Shown: one piece after another, positions 37,739 through 47,021 of the stretch | How positions within the stretch are numbered: the stretch's first letter is position 1 | How the letters are laid out: each line of letters starts with the position of its first letter | DNA from: an uncultured Gemmatimonadales bacterium | GTDB taxonomy: Bacteria; Gemmatimonadota; Gemmatimonadetes; Gemmatimonadales; GWC2-71-9 | DNA: 64,000 bases | Direction: 5' to 3' | NCBI GenBank assembly: GCA_963810185.1 | Contig: CAWEMJ010000007.1 | Coordinates: 125,347-189,346 of the forward strand | Program-made: the position numbers and the translations under genes | The notes under the pieces: generated by a model | Database searches by the model: none | Seen by the model: the letters and a program-made list of their open reading frames with translations, nothing else | What the model was told of the DNA's origin: nothing

Positions 37739-38580
37739 TGGCATCGCGACGGGATGCCTTGCGCACCCTCTCCTCGGCCGCCCTGGTGGCCGCGCTCCCC
37801 ACCTGGGCTGTCACGGATCGCGCCGACCGGCTGAAGCGGATTGGCGTGCAGCTCTACACCGTCCGCGACGCCCTCAAGGCCGATTTCGACGGGACGCTCC
37901 GGAAGGTCGCCGCCATCGGATACAAGGAGGTCGAGTTCGCGGGCTACATGGGGCGAACCCCGGCGGAGGTGAAGCGCTCCCTCAAGCAGGCGGGCTTGAG
38001 CGCCCCCGCCGAACACGTGGACCTCGAGACGCTCGAGAAGGACTGGAACGCGACGATCGAGGCGGCGCACACCGTCGGGCACGAGTACCTGGTCGTCGCC
38101 TGGATCGACGCCGCCCGGCGAAGCACCATCGACGAGTACAAACGCATCGCCGACATCTTCAACCAGCTCGGGCGGCAGGCCAACGCCGCCGGCCTCCGGT
38201 TCGGGTATCACAACCACGCCTACGAGATGGCCCCCCTGGAGGGGCAGGTCCCGTATGACGTGCTCCTCCAGAACACCGACCCGGAGCTCGTGTGCTTCGA
38301 GATGGACCTCTACTGGACAACCGATGGCGGCAAGGACCCGCTGGCCTACTTCGCGAAATACCCCGGCCGCTTCCCGCTGGTCCACGTGAAGGACCGGACC
38401 GCCAACGGCCAGATGGTGGACGTCGGACAGGGAACAATCGACTGGGCGGCGATCTTCGCGCACCGGAAGCAGGCCGGCATCAAGCACGAGTTCGTCGAGC
38501 ACGACGAGCCGGGCGACCCGTTCGCATCGATCACGGCGAGCTACGACTACCTCCGGGCACTCCGGTTCCCCAATGGGTGA
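37738..38580 (+). CDS. Sugar phosphate isomerase/epimerase family (TIM barrel), Tat signal
   Basis: SRRDAL, GVQLYTVR, YHNH..E, EMDLYW, HVKD, VEHD. Confidence 0.9.
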   Translation: MASRRDALRTLSSAALVAALPTWAVTDRADRLKRIGVQLYTVRDALKADFDGTLRKVAAIGYKEVEFAGYMGRTPAEVKRSLKQAGLSAPAEHVDLETLEKDWNATIEAAHTVGHEYLVVAWIDAARRSTIDEYKRIADIFNQLGRQANAAGLRFGYHNHAYEMAPLEGQVPYDVLLQNTDPELVCFEMDLYWTTDGGKDPLAYFAKYPGRFPLVHVKDRTANGQMVDVGQGTIDWAAIFAHRKQAGIKHEFVEHDEPGDPFASITASYDYLRALRFPNG

Positions 38581-38587
38581 GCGCGGA

Positions 38588-39466
38588 ATGAGTCGACGAG
38601 AGATGCTGGCTGCCTCGGCCGGCGCCATCGTCCTGGGCTCGGTGCCTGTCGCCGGGGCCGCGGTGGCTCCGGAACCACGCGCCGCTCCCGGTGGCGCATC
38701 GGCGTCTCCGCTCAAACAGTCGGTGTCGTACTGGCCGTTCGAGTCCATTCCCCTCCCGCAGTTCGCGCGGGAGCTCAAGGCGATCGGCTTCAGCGCCGTG
38801 GACCTGCTCCAGCCGGAGCAGTGGCCGGTGGTGGCCGATGCCGGGCTGGTCTGCTCGATGGGCTACCCGAGCCAGCGGCGCGATTTCCTCACCACCGGCT
38901 TCAACGACCCGGCCAACCATGCCATGCTGCTCGGCGAACTCGAGGCGACGCTGCCGCGTGCCGCCGCGGCTGGCGTGCCCAACGTGATCGCGATGTTCGG
39001 CAACCGGAAAGGGCGCGCCGACGACCTTGGCCGCGACGCCTGTATCGAGGGGCTCAACCGGATCAAGGCGCTGGCCGAGGATGTGGGCGTGACGATCTGC
39101 ATGGAGCTGCTCAACAGCCGGGTGGACCACGCCGACTACATGGGCGACCGGTCGGAGTACGGCGTGTCGGTCGTGTCGGCGGTCAACTCGCCCCGGGTCA
39201 AGCTCCTCTACGACATCTACCATATGCAGATCATGGAAGGCGACATCATTCGGACCATCCAGGGCAACGCCGCCTGGCTCGGGCATTACCATACCGGCGG
39301 CGTGCCCGGGCGCCACGAAATCGACGGGACCCAGGAACTCAACTACCACGCCATCTGCGAGGCCATCAAGGGCACCGGGTACCAAGGCTACGTGGCGCAC
39401 GAGTTCGAGCCGACGCGCCCGCCGATGGAATCGCTGCGACAGGCCTACGAGATCTGTCTCGTCTGA
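38588..39466 (+). CDS. Hydroxypyruvate isomerase-like TIM barrel protein, Tat signal
   Basis: SRREML, ELLNSRVDH.DY, LYDIYHMQIMEGD, PGRHE. Confidence 0.88.
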   Translation: MSRREMLAASAGAIVLGSVPVAGAAVAPEPRAAPGGASASPLKQSVSYWPFESIPLPQFARELKAIGFSAVDLLQPEQWPVVADAGLVCSMGYPSQRRDFLTTGFNDPANHAMLLGELEATLPRAAAAGVPNVIAMFGNRKGRADDLGRDACIEGLNRIKALAEDVGVTICMELLNSRVDHADYMGDRSEYGVSVVSAVNSPRVKLLYDIYHMQIMEGDIIRTIQGNAAWLGHYHTGGVPGRHEIDGTQELNYHAICEAIKGTGYQGYVAHEFEPTRPPMESLRQAYEICLV

Positions 39467-39497
39467 CCGCAGTCCCACTCTCACAAGGAGACCGACG

Positions 39498-39860
39498 ATG
39501 GGCGATGGCATGCTGAAGGGCCTGTCCAAGCCGACGATGATCGGCACGGTGTTGCAGGTCGCCATGATCCTGCTCGGCAAGGTGAGCCCGATGGTCGGGC
39601 AGAATTTCGCGATCGGCGGCACCAGCATCGCCGCGATCACCGGTGTCCTCGCCTCGATGATGGGCAAGCCGGCCGGCATGGGCGGCGCGGCGGGCGGTGG
39701 CGCCGTCGCGGCCGGGGTCAGTGCGCTCATCGGCACGGTGGTGTCGATGGCGACCGGCCAGACCGGCATGGAGACGATCGCGATCGGGACCGGGAGCTCG
39801 GTGGTGGCGGGTGCCCTCGGTGGTATCGTGGGACAACTCCTCGGCGGCAAGAAAGCGTGA
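39498..39860 (+). CDS. Gly-rich hypothetical membrane protein
   Basis: AGGAG RBS; four Gly/Ala-rich hydrophobic segments. Confidence 0.65.
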   Translation: MGDGMLKGLSKPTMIGTVLQVAMILLGKVSPMVGQNFAIGGTSIAAITGVLASMMGKPAGMGGAAGGGAVAAGVSALIGTVVSMATGQTGMETIAIGTGSSVVAGALGGIVGQLLGGKKA

Positions 39861-40969
39861 GCGTGTTCCCTCGCAGGCGCGTCACGGCGGCCGCGGTCCT
39901 GCTCCTCGGGATCGCGGCCGCGGTCGCGCCGGTCTCGGCGCAGACGCCCGCCGACACCAGCCGGACGGTCGTGCTGATCGTCACCGACGGCTTCCGCTGG
40001 CAGGAGCTCTTCGGCGGCGCCGACTCCGCGCTCAACAACAAGGAGTTCGGCGGCGTGGAGGATACCGCCGCCCTCCGGCGCGCTTACCTGGTGGGCAGCG
40101 CCGAGGCGAACCGCCGGGCGCTGATGCCGTTCATGTGGGAGGTCGTCGCCAGAGATGGGCAGATCTACGGGAATCGAGCGCTCGGCAGCATGGCCGTCGT
40201 GACCAACGGACTGAAGTTCTCCTATCCCGGTTACAACGAAATGCTGACCGGCCGGCCCGACCCCCGTATCGACAGGAACGACTATGGCCCGAACCCCAAC
40301 GTGACCGTCTTCGGGTGGCTGGCCGGCCAGCCCGGTTTCACCAACCGAGTGGCGGCGTTCGGCACCTGGGACGTCTTCGCCCCGATTTTCAACCAGGAGC
40401 GCGCGCGGATGCTCGTCCGCGCCGGCTGGGAGCCTCCCTTCCCCGGCGCCACCGACCCCCCGCGCGTCCTCCTCGATTCCCTGTATGCCACCACCACCCG
40501 AGTCTGGCCGGAAATGCCCTACGACGCCTTTATGCAGGCGGTCGTGGCGACGTACCTGCCGAACGAGCGCCCCCGGGTACTGTACATCGGCTACGGCGAG
40601 ACCGACGAGTGGGCCCACGAGCGCCGCTACGACCACTACCTCACCTCGGCGCACCGGGTGGACGGTTTCATCCGCGACCTGTGGCAATCAATGCAGGCCA
40701 TGCCGGAGTACGCCGGGAAGACGACCTTCATCATCACCACGGATCATGGGCGCGGCAGCGGGCTCAAGGACTGGACGGATCACGGGAAGGACGTCGAGGG
40801 GGCGGAGAACATCTGGATCGCGGTGATGGGGCCGGACATTCCCGGGCTCGGCGAACGGAGGAACGTCCCGTTCGTGACCCAGGCGCAGGTGGCCGCCACG
40901 GTGGCGGCGGCGGTAGGGATGGACTGGGCCAAGGCCTCCGGCGCGGCGCCTCCGCTTCCGCTTCATTGA
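39857..40969 (+). CDS. Alkaline phosphatase superfamily protein (secreted)
   Basis: Signal peptide, DGFRWQE, SYPGY.E..TG, ETDEWAH, TTDHGRG. Confidence 0.88.
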   Translation: MSVFPRRRVTAAAVLLLGIAAAVAPVSAQTPADTSRTVVLIVTDGFRWQELFGGADSALNNKEFGGVEDTAALRRAYLVGSAEANRRALMPFMWEVVARDGQIYGNRALGSMAVVTNGLKFSYPGYNEMLTGRPDPRIDRNDYGPNPNVTVFGWLAGQPGFTNRVAAFGTWDVFAPIFNQERARMLVRAGWEPPFPGATDPPRVLLDSLYATTTRVWPEMPYDAFMQAVVATYLPNERPRVLYIGYGETDEWAHERRYDHYLTSAHRVDGFIRDLWQSMQAMPEYAGKTTFIITTDHGRGSGLKDWTDHGKDVEGAENIWIAVMGPDIPGLGERRNVPFVTQAQVAATVAAAVGMDWAKASGAAPPLPLH

Positions 40970-41098
40970 GGGGTGGGCTCACGCCCACCCCTCGCCTGAG
41001 GACACGCGACTTCGTGATCGGTAGGACAGTAGCGAAAGCGGATTCCGCGCTCCGAGATTGCGTCGACCACCGACAGGGGTGGCCGTGAGGCCACCCCG

Positions 41099-41716
41099 TC
41101 AGAACACGAACATCACTCCGCCGCTGAACTCGCCCTGGGTAAAGAAGGTGCTGTTGGAGGCGACGATGACACACCCGCCGGGAAGGGTGCACCAGAAATC
41201 GGTATCGCTGTAGAGGGAGCTCATCCAGAGCCGGGCCTGGGCGCGGAGCCCGACGTTGCGGCTCAGGTAGGTCTTGATGCCGAGGGCCCCGCCGAAGGAG
41301 AAGAGCCAGTCGTCGCCGAGTCCGGACGATTGTGGTGAGAGGTGGGTGGTGCCGACCGTCAGGGCAAAGAAGGGCTTGGTATTCTCGTTGTTCCCGAACT
41401 CGAGCGCCCCACCGATCTGGAAATACTCGATGGCGGCGTCGCCGACTGTCACCTCTGGGGCTAGATCGGCGTCGAACAGGATGTTCGTGTCCTGACGGCT
41501 GTAGACGAACTCCACCAGACCATCGCGCTTGACCCGATAGCCGATGGTACCGCCCCAGGCGAAGCCGTCGTTGGCGATGAACTTCCCGTTTTCGCTGTTC
41601 ACCGTGCCGCCGTAGCGATAGCCGGCGGTGGGGGTGAATTCCCAGGTAGTCTGGGCGCGGAGGGAAGTGGTGGTGGCGACGACCAGCAGGACTGCCAACA
41701 GACCGAACCGATGCAT
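41099..41716 (-). CDS. Outer membrane beta-barrel protein
   Basis: Signal peptide, alternating beta strands, terminal Phe. Confidence 0.8.
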   Translation of the reverse strand: MHRFGLLAVLLVVATTTSLRAQTTWEFTPTAGYRYGGTVNSENGKFIANDGFAWGGTIGYRVKRDGLVEFVYSRQDTNILFDADLAPEVTVGDAAIEYFQIGGALEFGNNENTKPFFALTVGTTHLSPQSSGLGDDWLFSFGGALGIKTYLSRNVGLRAQARLWMSSLYSDTDFWCTLPGGCVIVASNSTFFTQGEFSGGVMFVF

Positions 41717-41862
41717 GGATACTCCATCGCTGGTTGAACACTGCACTCAATAGTAAGCGGGACGTTTGCTGTCGGTGATGTTCCCCCCTCTCCACATGGT
41801 GGAGAGGGGGACAGGGGGTGAGGAATAGCGCGGGAGCCCGGCGCCCCCCATCTTAAGGGTCA

Positions 41863-44571
41863 ATGACCACACAATTCGACCGCGTCGCCGCCGCCCTGGC
41901 TGACCACTTCCGGCTCGAGCGCGAGCTGGGCCAGGGTGGCATGGCTACCGTCTACCTCGCGGAAGACCTGAAACACCGCCGCAAGGTGGCGGTCAAGGTG
42001 CTCCGCCCGGAGCTGGCTGCCTCCCTGGGCCCCGATCGGTTCTTCCGGGAAATCGAGGTCGCGGCCCAGCTGCAGCACCCCCATATCCTGCCGCTCTTCG
42101 ACAGCGGCGCCTCGGGCCGAGCCGCGGCTTCAGCCGCGGACGACGATTCTCCGGAGTTCCTCTGGTATGCCATGCCGTTCGTGGACGGCGAGACCCTTCG
42201 CGACCGCCTGGCGCGCACCGGCGAGCTTCCGGTCCACGACGCCGTCCGGATTCTCATCGAAGTGGCCGATGCCCTGGCCCACGCCCACAAACACGGAGTG
42301 GCCCACCGGGACATCAAGCCCGAAAACATCCTCCTCTCCGGCCGTCACGCGCTCGTCAGCGACTTCGGCGTGGCCAAGGCGGTGAGCGAGGCCACCGGCC
42401 GCCAGCAGCTCACGACCGCCGGTGTGGCCCTCGGCACCCCCGCATACATGGCCCCGGAGCAGGCCGCTGCCGACCCGCACCTCGACCACCGGGTGGACAT
42501 CTACGCCCTTGGCGTGCTGGGCTACGAACTCCTGACCGGCCGAACGCCGTTCAGCGGCCGTACCCCGCAGGAGACGCTTGCCGCCCATGTGATGCAGACG
42601 CCCGAGGCGGTCTCCCGGCTCCGACCCGGAATAGCGCCGTCGCTCGAAGCGATCGTCATGAAGTGCCTGGCCAAGCGACCTGCAGACCGGTTCCAGAGCG
42701 CGGAGGAGCTGGTGGCGGCGCTGGAACCGCTGGCCACGCCGAGCGGCGGCATGACGCCGACCTACACTCAGCCGGTGACGGGTGTGGCACCCCTGGTGCC
42801 GGCGGGTCGCAAGCGGGCGGTGAGAGTGGCGGCACTGGTCATCGTGCTGGGGAGCCTGGGGATGCTGTTGACCCGGCGGGCTGGCAGCGGACCCGAGGTG
42901 ACGCTGACCAAGACCACACGCCTCACCAGCGCACAGGGCCTGGAAATCCTGCCTGCCATCTCGCCCGATGGACAATTCTTGGCGTACGTCGCCGCCACGG
43001 TGGATGGCGCGGAGATATTTCTGCAGCCCACCGACGGCGGGCGGGCGGTCAACATCACCGACAGCCTGCCCGGCGCGCAGATTTCGCCGGCGTGGGCTCC
43101 CGATGGTAAGCGACTGGTGTTTGTCTCCTTCGAGCGGACAGGGGCCAGCATCGTCACGATGCCCCCGACCGGCGGCGACGTCCGTCGGCTCTACAGTGTC
43201 GGCTACGGCGGAGGGTTTCCTCTGGCGCCGAAGTGGTCGCCCGATGGGTCGCGCATCGCGTTCGAGCAGGGAGACAGCGTCCTGGTCATGGCCGCTGACG
43301 GGAAGACGCTGACTCTCCTTGCACGGGTCAGAAATGCCCATTCACTCGCCTGGTCCGCCGATGGCCGCTGGCTGGCCGGTGTGCGGGGCAACCCTCAATT
43401 CGTAGTCCCGGGCAGCAGCATCGGAAACCTGGCGGCAAGCACCGTCTTCGTCCTGTCCGCCGAGGGTGGGACGCCGACGATGGTGAGCGACTCGACCACG
43501 CTCAATGTGTCTCCTCAGTGGTTGCCGGGCGGACACGAGCTGCTCTACCTGTCGAGCGGAGGCGGCGGCCGGGACATCTACCAGCGATCGATTGACCGTG
43601 GTGGGAAGGCGGTGGCCCCCCCCCGGCGTGTCACGACCGGGCTGGACGCCCATACGTTCGCCCTGTCGCCCGATGGCAAACGGCTGGCCTATTCGAAGTA
43701 CACCCGCGACCTCAACGTCTGGATGGTCCGTCTTCAGGCCACTGGCAGCGTGAATGCGCGGTCCGCCGTGGCGATCACCCGGGGCAACCAGGCCAGTGAA
43801 GTGATGCGGCTCTCCCCCGACGGCAAGTGGCTCGTGTACGACTCCGACCTCAACGGCAACGGCGACCTGTTCATCGTGCCTTCGGACGGCGGCACTCCCC
43901 GTCAGCTGACCGACGACCCCGCCGACGACCTGGCCCCAGATTGGTCTCCCGACGGGACCCAGATTGCGTTTCACTCGTTCCGTACGGGGAATCGCGACGT
44001 CTTCACGATCGGTTCCGACGGCAGCGGGCTGGCGCAGGTCACGACCGACACCCTGAGCGACTGGTACGCCGCCTGGGGCCCGGATGACAATACGCTCGCC
44101 TTCAGTCGGGGAGATGGCTCCGATCTGACCATTGTCGAAACACGGAGACCGTCGAGGTCAGCGCCCTGGGGCCCCACAGCAGCCCTGGGCACCGGGCTCG
44201 CGACGGACATGACATACGATCGCGCTGCCTACATCCACGTCGAGGTGGACAGCGTCATCGCGTTCGTCGCGACACCCTCCGGCGGTGGCACCTCCACCAC
44301 GCTCTATCGGCCCCCGCGCTGGTTCGAGCCGAATTGGAGCCGCATGGGGCCCGACGGCCAGACGCTGTACGCATTTTCCCCTGACTCCCTCGGCGACCCG
44401 GCCTACTGGGCCGTGGATCTCCGCACCAAGGCCCTCCGCAAGGTCGTCGCCTTCGATCATTCCGAAGCCAGGTACGTTCGCGGCGTGTCCGACACCGACG
44501 GTGAGCGTTTCTACTTCGTCGCGGGAGAGCACCAGGCGGACATCTGGGTGGCGGAGGTTGAGGAGAAGTAG
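41863..44571 (+). CDS. Hanks-type Ser/Thr kinase with a TM segment and a TolB-like PD40 propeller
   Basis: LGQGGMATVY, VAVK, HRDIKPEN, DFG, GTPAYMAPE; WSPDG repeats. Confidence 0.93.
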   Translation: MTTQFDRVAAALADHFRLERELGQGGMATVYLAEDLKHRRKVAVKVLRPELAASLGPDRFFREIEVAAQLQHPHILPLFDSGASGRAAASAADDDSPEFLWYAMPFVDGETLRDRLARTGELPVHDAVRILIEVADALAHAHKHGVAHRDIKPENILLSGRHALVSDFGVAKAVSEATGRQQLTTAGVALGTPAYMAPEQAAADPHLDHRVDIYALGVLGYELLTGRTPFSGRTPQETLAAHVMQTPEAVSRLRPGIAPSLEAIVMKCLAKRPADRFQSAEELVAALEPLATPSGGMTPTYTQPVTGVAPLVPAGRKRAVRVAALVIVLGSLGMLLTRRAGSGPEVTLTKTTRLTSAQGLEILPAISPDGQFLAYVAATVDGAEIFLQPTDGGRAVNITDSLPGAQISPAWAPDGKRLVFVSFERTGASIVTMPPTGGDVRRLYSVGYGGGFPLAPKWSPDGSRIAFEQGDSVLVMAADGKTLTLLARVRNAHSLAWSADGRWLAGVRGNPQFVVPGSSIGNLAASTVFVLSAEGGTPTMVSDSTTLNVSPQWLPGGHELLYLSSGGGGRDIYQRSIDRGGKAVAPPRRVTTGLDAHTFALSPDGKRLAYSKYTRDLNVWMVRLQATGSVNARSAVAITRGNQASEVMRLSPDGKWLVYDSDLNGNGDLFIVPSDGGTPRQLTDDPADDLAPDWSPDGTQIAFHSFRTGNRDVFTIGSDGSGLAQVTTDTLSDWYAAWGPDDNTLAFSRGDGSDLTIVETRRPSRSAPWGPTAALGTGLATDMTYDRAAYIHVEVDSVIAFVATPSGGGTSTTLYRPPRWFEPNWSRMGPDGQTLYAFSPDSLGDPAYWAVDLRTKALRKVVAFDHSEARYVRGVSDTDGERFYFVAGEHQADIWVAEVEEK

Positions 44572-44575
44572 GTGG

Positions 44576-44662
44576 GGGGCAGCGGGGCAGCGGGGCAGCG
44601 GGGCAGCGGGGCAGCGGGGCAGCGGGGCAGCGGGGCAGCGGGGCAGCGGGGCAGCGGGGCAG
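44576..44662 (+). repeat. Tandem octamer (GGGGCAGC), about 11 copies
   Basis: Perfect array; shorter arrays at 6884-6907, 14392-14422 and 55827-55860, and inverted arrays at 26615-26634, 27269-27298 and 53171-53203. Confidence 0.95.
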
Positions 44663-44704
44663 GAAGCTCAAGTATCGGGGTGAATCCGCAAGCCGGAGAA
44701 ACTG

Positions 44705-46990
44705 TTGAACTCTCGTTCAAGTTCAGTTCTCGCGCTCCTGTTTGTCGCACTGAGCACTGGTGCGTCGGCCCAGACCCCCCTCCCGCTCATCCCCTACCCT
44801 CAAACGGTCATCCGGAACACCGGCGCCGTGGAACTGGCGCGCAGGCTCCGGCTCGAGGCGCCCCGACCCAGTTCGCTCCGCGCGCTTGGCACCTACACCA
44901 GCGATCTGCTGCAGGCCGAACTGGGATGGCGGCCGGACATCGTCAGCGGCCCTTCCCGCCCCGCCGGGCTCACCCTCAAACTCACCCTCCCCGATTCGAG
45001 CCTCGGTAACGAAGGCTACCGACTGAGCAGCCAGACGTCCGGCGTGGTCATCGAAGCCCCGACCCAGGCCGGGCTCTTCCACGGGCTCCAGACGTTCCGC
45101 CAACTGCTCCACGCCGGCGCGCCCGGCACGGTGCCGAGGGTCGAAATCCGCGACACACCACGTTTCCCGTACCGCGGCATGCATCTCGACGTGGCCCGGC
45201 ATTTCTTTTCAGTAGCCTTTGTCGAGCGGTACATCGACCTCCTCTCCCGCTACAAGTTCAACACCTTCCACTGGCACCTGACCGACGACCAGGGCTGGCG
45301 GATCCAGATCAACCGCTACCCGAAACTCACGGAAGTCGGATCCTGCCGCCGAGAAACGGTGGTGGAGCGAAACTTCGACCCCTACATCGGCGACAGCACG
45401 CGCTATTGCGGCTTCTACACCCAGGCCGAGATCCGGCAGGTGGTGGCCTACGCCGCCGCTCGGCACATCACCATCATCCCTGAAATCGAGATGCCGGGGC
45501 ACTCGCAGGCGGCCATCGCCGCCTACCCAGAGCTGGCCTGCACGCCGGGCCCGTTCGAGGTCAGTACCGTCTGGGGCGTCGACGAGGACATTCTCTGCCC
45601 GAGCGAGGCCACCTTCGCCTTCCTCGAGGGAGTGCTCACCGAGGTGATGGCGCTCTTTCCGGGCCCCTACATCCACATTGGCGGCGATGAGGCCCCGAAG
45701 GCCCGGTGGAAATCGAGCGACCTGGCGCAGTCCATCATCCAGCGGGAGCAGCTGGCGGACGAACACGCCCTCCAGAGCTGGTTCATCCAGCGGATCGAGC
45801 GGTTCCTCAGCGCCCACGGCCGCCGGCTCATCGGCTGGGACGAGATCCTCGAAGGGGGCCTGGCGCCGGGCGCCACCGTCATGAGCTGGCGCGGCGTGAG
45901 CGGCGGGATCGCCGCGGCGCAACAAGGGCACGACGTGATCATGACCCCAACCAGTCATGCCTACTTCGACTATGCGCAGGGGGAGCCGGGCCTCGAGCCG
46001 TTCTCGATCGGCGGCAACGTGCCGCTCGAGCGGGTCTACGCCTTCGAACCGGTCCCGGCGGTCCTCACCCCGGCGCAGGCCGCACATGTTCTTGGCGCCC
46101 AGGGCAATGTCTGGACCGAATACATGGCCACTCCCAACCGGGTGGAGTGGATGATCTTTCCCCGCATGTTGGCCATGGCCGAAGTGACCTGGAGCCCCGC
46201 CTCGGCGCGGGACTGGGAACGATTCGTCCAGCGGCTACCGGCCGCCCTCGCCGCACTCGACCAACTCGGCGTCAACTACCGGGTGCCCAACGTGCTGGGG
46301 TTGGAGCGGAGCCGCCTGACGCTCGCGGACACCGCCGTCGTCTCCCTCAGGAGCCCACTGCCGGACGGCCAGGTCCGCTACACGCTGGACGGCACGATGC
46401 CGACGGTTTCCTCCGCGCTGTACACCGGCCCGCTGACGCTCCCGGTGGACACCGCGGGCACGGTCGTCACTGCCGCCGTCTTCCTGGCAAGCGGCGCGTC
46501 GAGCCCACCGCGCCAGGCCCGGGTGAGCCGCACCACGCTCCGCCCCGCCGCGCGCGCGCCCTCCGCCCCGCTCACGCCGGGGCTGCGGCTCGCCTACTAC
46601 GAAGCGAGCTTTCCGAGCGCCCGGGCCGTGGCCACCATTGCACCGACGCGCATCACGACCGCAGACGCGGTCGCCCTGCCCGGCTTCCAGCGCGCCGAGA
46701 CCTATGGGCTTCTCTTCACCGGCTACCTCCGAGTCGAGCGGGCCGGGTTGTACACCATCGCCCTCACGTCGGACGACGGCAGCGTGCTCGAAATCGGCGA
46801 CCGGGTCGTGGTGGACAACGACGGCTGGCACTCGGAGGCGGAACGCACCGGGATGATTGCGCTCGAGGCCGGCATCCACCCGCTGACCGTCCGCTTCGTG
46901 CAGGGGAGCGGCGGGTCCGCCCTCTCCGCCACCATTGCCCCCGAAGGCGGGGCCGCAGTCCCGCTGGCCGGCGCGTGGCTCGCGCAGTAG
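44705..46990 (+). CDS. GH20 beta-N-acetylhexosaminidase with Fn3-associated and PA14 domains
   Basis: RGMHLDVARHF, HWHLTDDQGWR, PEIEMPGH, HIGGDE, WTEY; SDDGS..VVDNDG.H. Confidence 0.93.
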   Translation: MNSRSSSVLALLFVALSTGASAQTPLPLIPYPQTVIRNTGAVELARRLRLEAPRPSSLRALGTYTSDLLQAELGWRPDIVSGPSRPAGLTLKLTLPDSSLGNEGYRLSSQTSGVVIEAPTQAGLFHGLQTFRQLLHAGAPGTVPRVEIRDTPRFPYRGMHLDVARHFFSVAFVERYIDLLSRYKFNTFHWHLTDDQGWRIQINRYPKLTEVGSCRRETVVERNFDPYIGDSTRYCGFYTQAEIRQVVAYAAARHITIIPEIEMPGHSQAAIAAYPELACTPGPFEVSTVWGVDEDILCPSEATFAFLEGVLTEVMALFPGPYIHIGGDEAPKARWKSSDLAQSIIQREQLADEHALQSWFIQRIERFLSAHGRRLIGWDEILEGGLAPGATVMSWRGVSGGIAAAQQGHDVIMTPTSHAYFDYAQGEPGLEPFSIGGNVPLERVYAFEPVPAVLTPAQAAHVLGAQGNVWTEYMATPNRVEWMIFPRMLAMAEVTWSPASARDWERFVQRLPAALAALDQLGVNYRVPNVLGLERSRLTLADTAVVSLRSPLPDGQVRYTLDGTMPTVSSALYTGPLTLPVDTAGTVVTAAVFLASGASSPPRQARVSRTTLRPAARAPSAPLTPGLRLAYYEASFPSARAVATIAPTRITTADAVALPGFQRAETYGLLFTGYLRVERAGLYTIALTSDDGSVLEIGDRVVVDNDGWHSEAERTGMIALEAGIHPLTVRFVQGSGGSALSATIAPEGGAAVPLAGAWLAQ

Positions 46991-47021
46991 TTTCCCGAAT
47001 CCCTTCACCCATGGCTTCCCG

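Noticed and set aside
38531-40687. Long antisense or alternative-frame ORFs (e.g. 718 aa here, 33255-35240, 46764-48728, 4659-6434)
   Set aside because: They are shadow ORFs typical of high-GC DNA, lying opposite well-supported genes and showing no recognisable motifs
44576-44662. ORFs encoding GQRGSGAA / PRCPAAPL repeats
   Set aside because: They are translations of the octamer DNA array, with no independent coding evidence
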